Shown piece after piece: positions 1 through 13,015 of a stretch of DNA of 64,000 bases. The stretch covers positions 128,092,001 through 128,156,000 of the forward strand of contig OX597820.1 in the NCBI GenBank assembly GCA_951406725.2, in the 5' to 3' direction. The stretch comes from Octopus vulgaris (Eukaryota). A program made the translations under genes and the position numbers. The notes below the pieces were generated by a model that searched no databases, had not been told where the DNA came from, and saw only the letters and a program-made list of their open reading frames with translations. Position 1 is the stretch's first letter. The number at the start of each line of letters is the position of its first letter.

Positions 1-82
<82 letters not shown>
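1..82. repeat. (GT)n(AT)n compound microsatellite
   Basis: Directly visible dinucleotide runs. Confidence 0.95.
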
Positions 83-83
<1 letters not shown>

Positions 84-402
84 AATGATACGACCACTGT
101 TCTTCTAGTCGTTGAGTCTTCAAGCTCTTTTCGAAATGGTGTGTCACGTGATCCACAATTTAACTTTCTAGTGACGAAAGAACAATATGATCTTTGTTTA
201 GGAAGCGTGGGATGGCTATTGGTATTGATTTTGCATCATCATTATATCACTGATCTTCTCATCCCCAAATAACTATTAAATTACAAATATAGAAAATGTT
301 AATATATACCAGACACAAGAGTTAAGCACATCATTGTATTATTATAACGAATACAATACTCACACACATATGTGTATCTATATATATAAGCATATATTAT
401 TT

Positions 403-825
403 TATTCTTTTACTTGTTTCAGTCATTTGACTGCAGTTATGCTGGGGCATAAAGGGGTTTTAGTCAAATACACAAACACACACACACACATACACACACA
501 TATTTATACAACAGTTACGGAATGTAACTCCCTGCCACAATGTAAACTTGCATTTAATCAAGATATTCTTGGCCTGAAGAGTAGCCTATGGTATACACCT
601 CGCATGGATATTTACTTCGATACGAAAGAAAACCACAACCTTTCGCCTCAATAAACCACTATTTCCCTGAAAGTAGGATTTACAACGGGTTGCTTGAAGC
701 TAACTTTCTACCTACACCTCGATCCCTGAATCTTAAATTCATATATATGTCCTGGGGCTATAGTAGCAAACACTTTCTCAAGTTTCCCATGCAGTCAGAC
801 TGAACCTGAAACCGCGAGGTTGGGA
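403..825 (-). mobile_element. SINE family B remnant (tail at ~403-470, tRNA-like head at ~770-825)
   Basis: TTCTTTTACTTGTTTCAGTCATTTGACTGC tail and GACTGAACCTGAAACC..GGTTGGGAA head match full copies at 44424 and 46814; the middle is unrelated sequence. Confidence 0.6.
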
Positions 826-849
826 AATATATATCAACTACATATGTGG

Positions 850-1090
850 AAAATTCTCTCTGTGGATGTGTTTGTGAAGTTGTTAGCTAACTCCTCCTAC
901 ATTGTTTTATCGATTTTGATGAAACTTGACAGGTGAGTAGAACTCATGCCTGCAAACCTCGTGGCATACTCAGATTGTTGACAAAGTCGATAATAGGGCC
1001 CATGGAAGGGATCCTTATATATATCTAATATATTTTCTGTTAACAGCCGAGGGAAGTAACCCATTCGCCCCTGTAAGGGGCGAATGGGTT

Positions 1091-1096
<6 letters not shown>
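850..1096 (+). mobile_element. Non-autonomous Helitron/Helentron (DINE-1-like) relic with terminal hairpin
   Basis: CGATTTTGATGAAACTTGACA (911-931) is 20/21 identical to 23133-23153 inside the Helitron; ends in a perfect 19-bp stem-loop (1054-1094) followed by T. Confidence 0.5.
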
Positions 1097-1157
<61 letters not shown>

Positions 1158-3003
1158 TTGCCTCAGATATAGTGCAGTACAAAGGATCCTAAAACAATAC
1201 GTTATGAAGTGATCTTCTTCACCACACAGCTATACTTTCCCCCTTCTCCCTTCCTTGTCACAGATCAGTCAGCCTATATTCGCTCTTTTCCGAAAGAAAT
1301 CCTCACTATTTCTCTCACTTTTGCCGAGTGTAAGCTGGTAATTGAAACCTGGTTACCATCGTCACTTGCCATGAGACATTATCTCGCTCTATAGACCGAC
1401 TTCCCATTAGTGAATTTGATATGACTCCACCTCTCGAATTACTAGCATTAGACGGGCAATATATTATCATCCCCATTGAAAACAAACATGTTTATGAATA
1501 AATGTTTAAGAACAGTTGAAAAGAAAAGAAAAAGTCCTTAAAAAAATTAACCCTAAGACATCCATCTGTTGTGTCATAAAAGCGATCATCTATTACAGTT
1601 TCCTATATAAATGCACATGGCAAGCAACATAGACAAATCTCATAACTAACATTATACATCTTGGTAAGCCATAACATCAAATCTTTTCAGTTAGCACACG
1701 CTATATCACAAACATAACACAGTTGGTAATCGATATTAAAGTTATTTCCACTCAGCAAGAAATCAATAAGTTTACATTTCGATCTTTATGTCAGTGTTAA
1801 CTGGAGTTTTATTGAAATACATCCTGCCTTTTTATCTGAACATTAATTTAGGCTTTTGTGCACTATAGTGTTTGTTTTCTTGTTCGCTTTATGTGTCAAC
1901 GGACCTCAGAATTACAGTCGCTGTGTCCACAATTAGATGACAAAAACAGAGAACATCTTGTCTTCCTCTTTTTCATTATATTTCGCAGTCGTGTTTTTTC
2001 CCCTTTATTTTGTTTACGATTTCATTTTGTATGTTACTTTTCAGTTATGTATATACGTGTGTATATGCATCTGTGTGTTCGTGTGAGTGCGCGTGTTTTA
2101 TAAATATATTGTTTTAATGTCTTAATGGCAGTAAGTTGCGAGTACAAAAACCAATATAATTGAAATGGTTCGTAGAGAAATATACAGAGAATGGGTTAGA
2201 TGTGAGGGATATGAAGGGTGTTAGATGCTTTAGAAAGCTGACAGAATTAAACAAAATAATTATGGAATCAGGAAAAGGCTGAACAATAGATTCAAAAGAA
2301 TCAAAACGTGGAAAAAACTGTAGACTTTGAGAAGGCTTTTAGAAAATAGAGAGTGAAAGGTGGCTGGTCAATGACAGTCAATGACAGAAAGAATAGTGAA
2401 GATTGGAGCTGGGAATATTTATGGTCTGCCTTTGCATGTGTGTCTACGTGTATTGTAAAATGTATGGCGTGTCGTTCTTTTTGCTTATTTTTTTTCTTTG
2501 GGACATTGTTAAGTAAAAGTGAGCGTACAGGTACATTTGAAGAATATAAGAAGGGTCGAAGAGTTGAAATATGTTAGATGCAGGAAGTATAAGTCGGAAC
2601 GATCCCTAAATTCTGAAGCTCTTGTTATTGCTGGCATTCACTCCCCCTGTTGAGATGAAATTATCAAATAGAATGATCTCGCTTTATACACATTACCGTT
2701 ATGTGAGTATCTGTTTATCTTTTGTACATTCGTATACATAAATATATGTCAGAGTGTGTGTGTGTAGTGTGTGTGTGTGTGCATGTGTAGTTACACATAT
2801 ATATACATAATTATATAAAGATAGATCATTGATAGATGCATATATATAACGTATATATACATACATACATACATACAGTATATACGAATATAAATAGTAC
2901 ATAAATACATGCATATATACAGTATATATGTATATATAGCGAGAGAGAGAGAGAGACAGTCAGACAGACAGACTGGCAGGCAGATTCGGTATCTGGGTGT
3001 GTA

Positions 3004-4242
3004 CACAGACATGACAGAAGTAAATAGACATCCTTATAATCGTTCAAATTTATTTAAATCTGAAATTATATATTTAAGTTATTTATTAAATGTTATAATG
3101 TGACTACCTAATATTTAGTAGATATGCCTTTGCATTCTTCAATGCAAGGGCCCTAATAGACATGCTACTGATCAGATGATGAATATTCTCTTGAGTAATT
3201 TCTGGCCAGGTTTCATGCAGTAATCTCAAAAGATCTGACTTTGAGGATAGTTTCTTGTTCTTTTTGTGAAGTATCCTGTCCGTTAGGCCTCAAAGGTGTT
3301 CGATAGGGTTTGAATTTGGTGACTGGCTTGGCCATGGAGGTTTTTTAGTGCCATTGTCTTCCAACCAATCTTGGGTCTTTTTAGCCGTGTGATAAAGAGC
3401 TCCATCTTCCATAGATTGTCTTCTTTAATCACTTCATCACTGGAGAAGGTTGGAAGGAGTCCTTCCCGTGATATAGACACATATTTATCTGAGTTTATGT
3501 TCCTTAACACTCCACCACCTCTGATCGACGACCATGGCTCCAAATTGCTCCCCAGACCATCACAGAACAGCTGCCGTGTTTCATTGTTGGCTCCAATCTT
3601 TTCACGTCAAATTCTTGATCACAGAGCCTCCAGACCCATACTGTCAGAAAATGCAGCAAATCTGGACTCATCAGAGAATATAATAGTGTCCCAAAATGTT
3701 AGTCGCCTCTCCACCATCTCACTGGCCCAATCTTTTCTCCGCTTGATATTGGCTGGTTGAAGAAGTGGCTTCTTTCTTGCTGATCTGTCATAGTAGCCAA
3801 GTTTGTGGAGATACCTGACAGCTGTTCTGGGATTGACATCAACTTGTTCTACTATGTCTGAGGCCTTGCAATGAGGATTATCCTCCACGCTTCTCTTAAC
3901 AAAGTGAAGGGTCCTGTCAGAGCCTTGTTGACCTGGATGAGGTAATGCGGACTCCTTCCCCTCCCTGGCAAATTACACAATCAATCTATTAACTTTAGAA
4001 AGTGAGATCCCAAGGTTTTCTGCGATTTTATACTAATTCCACTTTCAGACTGACCCACAATACAACCTCTCTAAGATTCAGACAGTTCCAAGGCGTCTTT
4101 TGTACGTGGCATGATTAAACATGTTACATAGAGAACCTGAAGCATAAAAATGTCAATTAATAAAAAATATAAACCTTTTCAAGTTAAAATAAACAGAAAA
4201 CAATGTTTTGTGGCATGTCTAATTACTTTTTTCGTGTCTGTG
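3004..4242 (-). mobile_element. Full-length but decayed Tc1-like DNA transposon (DD34E)
   Basis: Imperfect ~30-bp TIRs CACAGACATGACAGAAGTAAATAGACAT / revcomp CACAGACACGAAAAAAGTAATTAGACAT, TA on both sides; internal transposase motifs. Confidence 0.92.
3108..4112 (-). pseudogene. Tc1 transposase pseudogene
   Basis: MPRTK start, [16 protein letters not shown], then after frameshifts MEDGALYH...WPSQSPNSNPIEHL (34 aa between D and E); stops and frameshifts. Confidence 0.9.
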
Positions 4243-5092
4243 TATGTAGGCAGTAGATATATATGTATGCATGTACGTTTGCATAGGCAGGTAGGTAGGT
4301 AGGTAGGTAGGTAGGTAGGTAAGCAACTAAAGAAGTTCGAACTACTGATCTTCCTGCCTCATGTTAATAACGTATACGTAGCATGACGAAGACGATATGT
4401 GTGTGTCGCGCGCACCTGTGTGTGTGTGTGTGTGTGTGTGTAAACACAGAAGAATGGAGAATTATACATTTTTAATCAGCTTGCTAACGTTTCGGCTAGC
4501 TGTGTAAACTACATAATTCTGTGATGTAGTAATCATGCACTTTAACCGAGCCCATATTTGATCGACCAAGATTCTACAGAGACTGGAGAATTTAACACCA
4601 TCTTAGTATACCATGTTGATTGTTATGGAGAACATTTTAAGGGAGATAGTTAGTAGTAAAACTATCGATATTTGACTAGCTTGAGTGGTATGAAAGCATA
4701 CCAGCAGTCTTACTTAGAGATTGTATTTATCAGATCATAATAGGATTGTAATAGGATATAGCAAAATTCCTACCCGGTTTAAATTATTATTGACCCCTTC
4801 AAATTCACAAAGGAGGCATATAGAGCTAAGAGGTTCGTTAGATATATTACTTAGGTCGCTTTGGAAGTGGCATTTGATCAATATTAATTCTAAGCATAAA
4901 TTATGAGTAGAAGACAGATTGAGTTAATGAGTATTCCAAAGGAGAAAATCAGTATATAACATTAAAGCAGATACTCTATTTTAAAAATACTATTTCTCTT
5001 AAAGGAATGAATATTTACACCTTATGATAAATTGCGGTATGATTAAGCTAACTTAAGTAAAGGGAAAAATAAAAATGAAATTACGAATCATA

Positions 5093-5093
<1 letters not shown>

Positions 5094-5164
<71 letters not shown>

Positions 5165-5205
5165 CGGTGGTAGTGGTAGTAGTAGTAGGAGGAGGAGGAG
5201 GAGGA
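5094..5205. repeat. (TAG)n/(GAG)n trinucleotide tract
   Basis: Visible. Confidence 0.95.
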
Positions 5206-5515
5206 TGGGGGAGGGTAAATAACAAATTAGTATTGGGATGAAAATGAGAAATTTGTTTTTAATACGTTAAGTTGATAAATATTTTTGTTTTGCAAATTCG
5301 TATTGATTTCATCATTTTGTATAAGCAACAAGAAATTTGATAACAGTTAAATTCTAATTTGTGTGCATGCCATAATACGTGTTATTACCCATGAGGGCAA
5401 AAGTGAACTTCTAACGTTACTTGTCGTATAATGGGTGACACGTTCATGTTTTAAGAACGTGGACAGCTGAGAGAGAGAGATGCAGCAGATAGTTAAATAG
5501 GTAAGAGTGGAAGGC

Positions 5516-5517
<2 letters not shown>

Positions 5518-5548
<31 letters not shown>

Positions 5549-5551
5549 AAA

Positions 5552-5603
<52 letters not shown>
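5518..5603. repeat. (GAAA)n tract
   Basis: Visible. Confidence 0.95.
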
Positions 5604-5604
<1 letters not shown>

Positions 5605-5930
5605 GAAAAATCTGTAGTCCGCTGACAAGCAGCAGGCGACCAGGTGGTGTACTGTAGGGAGGGATGAAAGAAAGAGTGAAAAGGGTACCAATAAAATAAG
5701 AAAGGATGGGAGGAAACATGATGGAACAAAGCCCACGAAATAAAGAGGTGACGTGAGTAAATAACAGGGAATCGATCAGTGAATAATAAATACGCGACAG
5801 AAAGAGAGAGAGTTTAAAGCCGAAGCGAAATTCGTGTAAAAGGGAATGACTTTGGAACTGAACAGAAAAGGTAAATGAAGGTATTGGATGAAACAAAAAG
5901 GAGTCAGGAGACATGTGTGGGGAGAGAGAC

Positions 5931-5965
<35 letters not shown>

Positions 5966-5975
5966 AAGGAATTTA

Positions 5976-6400
5976 TGAGTGAATGAGTGAGTGAATGAGT
6001 GAGTGAGTGAGTGAGTGAATGAGTGAGTGAGTGAGTGAGTGAGTTGTGAGTGAGTGAGTGAATGAGTGAGTGAGTGAGTGAGTGAGTGAGTGAGTGAGTG
6101 AGTGAGTGAGTGAGTGAATGAGTGAGTGAGTGAATGAGTGAGTGAGTGAGTGAGTGAGTGAGTGAGTTGTGAGTGAGTGAGTGAGTGAGTGAGTGAGTGA
6201 GTGAGTGAGTGAGTGAGTTGTGAGTGAGTGAGTGAATGAGTGAATGAGTGAGTGAGTGAGTGAGTTGTGAGTGAGTGAGTGAGTGAATGAGTGAGTGAAT
6301 GAGTGAGTGAGTGAGTGAGTGAGTGAGTGAGTGAGTGAGTGAGTGAGTGAGTGTGAGTGAGTGAGTGAGTCAGTGAGTCAGTCAGTCAGTCAGTCAGTGA
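5976..6400. repeat. ~420-bp (GAGT)n tetranucleotide tract grading into (CAGT)n
   Basis: Visible. Confidence 0.95.
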
Positions 6401-6841
6401 GAAAAAAGAGAAAGGCCGTATAGTGAGTGAGAATAATACAAGAATAAAAGAATGGGAGCTTAATGTCAAAGAAGTGTTCTTTTACTAGGTCCAGTTATTT
6501 AGTCGTGGTCATACTGGGGCACTGCCTTCAGTGGTTTCATCAATCAGATCGTCCTAATATTCATATTATTCTGATAATTTACAACATTGTCTATCCATTA
6601 GGTTTACAGGATATATGCAACAAGACCAGTTTTTTAAAACAATGTAAACTTAACAAAGACTCAAAGAACGATGCAAAAACACTTCAACTTGCAGAGAGGC
6701 ATCGATGAAAAGGTTCTTAAAAACAGAAAAACAGCCCGACTGCGAATTGGAAAAATATGAGAAGAAATAGAACAATGCTTCCGGGAGTAAAATTTAAAAT
6801 TACTAAAAGTAAGAGTAAACCCCAGTTTTATGGGTTGATGA

Positions 6842-7575
<734 letters not shown>

Positions 7576-7714
7576 AGATGGGTAGTTATCACATTAAACA
7601 CTTTTATACTAAAATTCCAGTTAGCAATTAAATTGGTGACAAGCTTGTTGCTATATAACTTATTTATTGTCCAGTATATAACTTTAACACATTCATCCAC
7701 CCATCCATCTTCTC

Positions 7715-7920
7715 CGTCCACTATTCCCAGATATGCTGTGTGGTAACTTCCACCATAGGGTCCTATCAGAAACCAATGTCATTGCACTTTCCGGTTATGA
7801 CCCACTGAGACTATGTATGTTATCTAAGCCTTTTGTTCTTAGTCCACCTCTAGGTGTCTCTCCAGTTGGCTCGGCTTGGAGAATCCGTCTTGCAATTCTT
7901 TCTTGCCACATTCTAATCAC
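7715..7920 (-). mobile_element. RTE-clade LINE 3' fragment
   Basis: Minus-strand translation VIRMWQERIARRILQAEPTGETPRGGLRTKGLDNI resembles the RTE C-terminal (GH)VxRM..R..GxRPRGRPR.RW.D motif. Confidence 0.7.
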
Positions 7921-8188
7921 AATTAAAACATTTGCAGCGAATAAAAATGATTTACATAACTTTTTAGGATAAATATTTTCTATAATATATATATAAGCTC
8001 TCTGCCATAATCTTTATAACTATAGAGGTCTTATTGTAGTTTTTTTTCAAAATATATTTTCATTGGAAAGTTTCTGACTAGGTTAAAGTAATTGCGTGGA
8101 AATTAAACGTAAAGAACAATTCTATATTTGTCATACAACTGTAGACAGAAGTTGCACGAACAAAGTGTGAACAATAGTCATTATTATT

Positions 8189-8226
<38 letters not shown>

Positions 8227-9787
8227 TATTATTATTTTGCTTTGTTTTTACTCCTATATTGGCTCAAAATCAACCAAATCATGTTTCCGTGATTACTTAT
8301 AGCTTCAAATTAAAATATTCTCCGGGGAATAAACGAAAGAACTAGCTTCCTCTCTTTGGGAATTTCTTTTTATCGTTCTTATAGATGAAATCACCCCAGT
8401 TATTTTAATAATATTGATATTAAATATTGTAATGGTCTCATGAGATTTTACTTCAACTTTTACTGAAGCACTGAATATGTTCTACAGCTGTCAGGAATAC
8501 ATTTTTGAGATGTAATCATTTATGCAAATGGACTGAGTAGAGTTCAATTTAGTGTCCATGATTTCTGTTCAAAGATTGTCATTATATTTGTAGGACGGTA
8601 ACCAACAAATTGGTGTTTGTCGTTGTTTTTATTGTTGTTGTAGTTTTCAGTCTCGCGTGAACCCTATTCTGCAGAATTATGATTAGAAAAGCATTCTGTC
8701 TATAATCACGTTGTCTTTTTTCTTATATATGTTAGACTACGGTGTCTGCTATGTCATTTTCAAGACTGTTGAGTTTGATTGTCGATAGTCTGGTTGCTAT
8801 TTCTAGTGGATCAAGTGACTACTTAGAGGTCAACTCATGAAAGCGAATGAAAGATATCTGTGAAGAAAAATTAAATATCCCATAAGCTATCTTTTTATTT
8901 GATGGTTATATTAAGTTAGATACGGCATATGCCATTCATTAACATTCGAAATTTGCCCGAGATATTTGAAGGACATTCTACTACAACAGGATTCTTTATA
9001 GCCATTACATTAAAGATTTATGGGATTGGCCTCTTGTTCCTCAATCGATTCTACTTAATTCTTCAATTCACCAGTGAGCCACGTTTTGATATATTACATT
9101 CTACTTCGAAACTTGAATAAATCATATTTCCCAGATGTAAAAATATTTGATCTCCGTCAATTTCATGATAGAACATTGAGTCTTCTCTAAGATTGATGTT
9201 CTTGTTAATGTTGCAGAACTTCTGATGCGAAAGGGATCCACAGATCCAAAATGTCAGTTATGTTATCTCTTTTTATTCGTCTATTAATACATTTTATCTC
9301 TGATGCTTACTTCTGTAAAAAGGTGTGGAATGTAAAACGGTGGAATTTTACAGGCTCCGAATTATGAATTGTCAAACTCCAAACTGCTGGTAAATCTTGT
9401 TCAAAGCAGCGCTTTAACATGAATTCAGCGTTCACTTAACTTAAATCATAGTTGTAATTTTTAGTAAAATTTAAAATAAGGGCTGTGGATTAACAGAATC
9501 CCTTAAAGCCACTGATAAAATAACGAGCAATATTTATCCCTGCTCTTTACATTCTGAGTTCAAATCCCGCAAAGGTCAATCTTATTTTATCTGTCCGAGG
9601 TCGATGAAAAAAGTATCAATCAGTTAAGTACTGAGGTTCATTTAATTGGTTAACCACTTGTGGCTTGGCACCAATGGTAAAAAGGATTATTTCTAGTAAA
9701 ATTGTTATTCTTTTGTCGATTGCTACCCAAATATTCGGTTGCATATGTATTATGTAACCTGTAATGTAATATATACTGTAACAAATA

Positions 9788-9990
9788 CGGCGAGCTGGCA
9801 GAAACGTTAGCACGCCGGACGAAATTCTTAGCGATCTGTCTTTACGTTCTGAGTTCAAATTCCACCAAGGTCGACTTTACCTTTCATCCTTTCGGGGTCG
9901 ATAGAATAAGTACCAGTTGCATACTGGAGTTGATCTAATCGACTGGCCACCTACCCCAACATTTTGGGCCTTGTGTCTAGAGTAGTAAAG
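9788..9990 (+). mobile_element. tRNA-derived SINE family A, full copy with TSD
   Basis: GGCGAGCTGGCAGAA head, GAGTTCAAATTCC B-box, GTCGACTTT.CCTTTCATCCTTTCGGGGTCGAT central domain; 20-bp TSD AATATATACTGTAACA(A/C)ATA at 9768-9787 and 9991-10010. A more decayed copy precedes it at ~9500-9690. Confidence 0.92.
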
Positions 9991-10106
9991 AATATATACT
10001 GTAACACATAATGTAATATGTCTAGTCACGTCTAAATATAACGAAGTGATCATAGGAAAACTATGCTGTTTTGTGACGACTAAGATTAAGAAAATAATTG
10101 GCTAAG

Positions 10107-10148
<42 letters not shown>

Positions 10149-10150
<2 letters not shown>

Positions 10151-10333
10151 CCATGACAGATCGTTAGCCACTACTCACATTTTTTCTCTCCTTGTTTTTT
10201 CTGTGTCCCTTTCTGTAGAAGAGCGTAGGCTCGAAACGTAAAAGACTTTTTCTATTCCTGAGCGTTATACAAATACATCTGTTTGTTTTGTACACCACCT
10301 GTCTTCGTCTTTTGTTTTTTTCGTAAACTCTCC

Positions 10334-10367
<34 letters not shown>

Positions 10368-10565
10368 AGAGTTTACGAAAAAAACAAACGCAGAGTAGAT
10401 GAAACCATAGCGACTGAAGAAGGTGAATCTTCCTTGTGTTATTTGTCCTGTACTCTATTTTTTCGTCGTTTAAGAAAAATGTCCAGTTCCTTGGTTTTGT
10501 GTTTATGTTTTCGTTTCTCATTGTGTTCGACGTATTTTTTTTTTTGGTGTCCTGTACCCATGTAT
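10149..10565 (+). mobile_element. Non-coding Penelope-pLTR-like element with hammerhead-like core and tail-to-tail inverted end, between (TA)n runs
   Basis: HHR-like motif 10209-10244; 24-bp inverted repeat either side of the (TA)n at 10336-10364. Confidence 0.5.
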
Positions 10566-10633
10566 GCGTGTATATATACATGTAGAGGTAGGTACGTACA
10601 TATATGTATATGTATATATGCATATGTTTTATT

Positions 10634-10684
<51 letters not shown>

Positions 10685-11984
10685 GTGAACTATATACACT
10701 AAAGCCATGCCGATACTTAAATTACAATAATCAAGTTTTTAAAGTTAGCCTTTATCTTTAAAAAGTAAACCTGCAGAAGCAGCAAACATAATGATCCCAA
10801 TATATAAATATTCTAGTTGTATTCACTTAAACCTGTTATTCTTATCAGCCAATACCAGTAAATCCTTTCACGACTGAATAAATTCGTTCGAGAACACTGT
10901 TGCTGGAAGTAATTTTATTAATTCATTTCGTGATAAATTAAAACACTAAAAACAGCAACTCGTCGCTTTGTTGCGCTATGACTAATGGATAAAACAAATT
11001 CTATTTCAAAATTCTATCACATATTTCAATGGTGTCACCTGCAATATCTAACATATAACTTGCGAGTAGTTTTATTATTAACATAAATAGTTCGTTTGGG
11101 GTGAATTAAAATATTTAATGCGGCGACTATTCGCTTTGTTGCATTATCACTGATAGCATAAAACAAATTCTGTTTCTATATTTTATCGTTAGTGGCTTAT
11201 GTTAGGAGTGGACCACCTATAATAGCTAAAGCATAACTCTCATACTAACTCCCTATTCACATGTAAACGACTTTTATCGGAATCATTTGCAGCTTTCTAA
11301 CGCTTAGTAATCAAGAACGATTATGTTGAAATGGACATCACAATGTATTTCCCCGATACAGAGACAATAACCTCATTGCTCGTAACAGTGTAAAAGAGCA
11401 CAGTTTTTACTATGATCAGATAACTATGTGTTGTTTCATCTCTGTCATCTACAAGATACTAAAAGTAATATAATGTATTCAACTGCCGACAAAATTAGAA
11501 TCCAAAATATTAAACACATGGATTGTTCGGTACAATTCATTTCAGTTTCTGTTTTTTATTGTAGCAAATTTGCAAATACAATATTACTAAAGCGGGTATG
11601 ATAGTAATAATCTACCCAATAGTTAACATCTACTTACAGACAACTTGATGCAAAACGATTTGAGAACTTTACTCTAGGGAACACACATGTCCATTTAAAC
11701 ATTATATACAACACAGTGCAATAACGTGCAGTCACTTCTCAATTTTGGAATCTTAGGTTCAAGCAACCAGTTGGTGAATGTTATTCGAGTCGTGCAACGT
11801 CAGTTATACACTTTTTTTATGAAGACAATTTTTGTTTCATTTTTATAGTTCATTTCCAATCTTTTGTGTATGGAAAATTGACAAGACAAAATGTTTTAAG
11901 AGAAAATAATTCTTCGGCTAATATATTTTTGAACCCCTCCTCTTGTGCAAGAGTAATAAAACTTCAAAATCTCATTTTAACAGA

Positions 11985-12765
11985 TATATTTATCAAAAAT
12001 TACATAAAAATAACTGGAAATACCAAAGTGTAAATTTATTCTATAAAATCGCAATTGGCTTCAACCAAGGCTTCCAGACGACTTCAGAATCGCCTGCAAC
12101 TCTTCTGGGCAGTCTTCTTGTTTAAGTTGGTGAATGCTGCTATAATATTTGCCTTCAGTTCATATTTGGTGTGTTACAAGGAGTTTTGTTGGTCTCTCGC
12201 TCAACTGCACCCCACACATAATAATCAAGGTGGGGTTGCAGTCTGGGGAGTTAGGTAGCCAGATGTTAGGGGTGATGTCGCAGAAAATGTCTGACAGCCA
12301 TGACTGGATCCTCCTACATGTGTGGCATGTGCAGAGTCATGTTGCCAAACACACGGTCTTCTAGCAGCTACCCTCTTGACCTAGGGCTGCACTACCTCCT
12401 CCAGCAATTGATGTAGGCCTCCGTATTGAGTGTGAGGCTGTGTGGGAAGATGAATGGAGGCATAATGCCGTCGCCGTCACTAGTGATCACCCCAAACACT
12501 ATGACGTTGACTAGATGTTTGATTTTTATCACTCTCGATACATGTCCTGAGATTGCACTGTTTCTAAACTGAAATCTTTGTATTGGAGCTTCCAGCGCGA
12601 ATGCCAAGCAGTACAGCATGTCGTTTCCAAATGTCTGGCAGAGTGAATTGCTGTTTTTCTCGCAGACGGTGCTCAACTAACCGTGCTTATCTGTGTAGTC
12701 GACAAAGTCAAAAACAATGTGCGAAATGAAAAATATAAAATGGTGACAATTTACCCATTAAACGC

Positions 12766-12770
<5 letters not shown>
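11985..12770 (-). mobile_element. Internally deleted DD37D (maT-type) Tc1/mariner transposon
   Basis: Across frameshifts: VFGVITSDGDGIMPPFIF..LNTEAY, VWQHDSA.., NSPDCNP.DYYVWGAVERETNK; terminal ATGGTGACAATTTACCC..CTGCATA end. Confidence 0.82.
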
Positions 12771-12822
<52 letters not shown>

Positions 12823-12947
12823 TTACATAAAATTCAACTTACGTTGCAAGTCAACAAAGTTTGCTTTAGAAGCGTTGAGATGTATTGAAAGATTCAGATG
12901 AGGAAATTATTTTATTCTCAAACGCAGGAGAAAGCTAATAATATAGC

Positions 12948-13015
12948 ATGAACAGGATAAACTATCCATATTTTGCAGATTTTTCTGCAAAATATGGATA
13001 ATTTATCCTGTTCAT
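12948..13015. repeat. 32-bp near-perfect inverted repeat (hairpin), 4-nt loop
   Basis: ATGAACAGGATAAACTATCCATATTTTGCAGA-tttt-TCTGCAAAATATGGATAATTTATCCTGTTCAT, one mismatch. Confidence 0.95.

Noticed and set aside
4440-5090. Possible Penelope 3' end (ICLLCEFE; GAAACGTT)
   Set aside because: Protein similarity marginal and no CUGANGA in register; not annotated as a feature.
5347-5470. Minus-strand acceptor TCTCTCTCAG and short exon
   Set aside because: Acceptor is just a (GA)n run, donor weak, peptide unrecognisable.
8930-9300. Possible ancient RT fragment on minus strand (HLGNMI-like)
   Set aside because: Too decayed to assign by eye.
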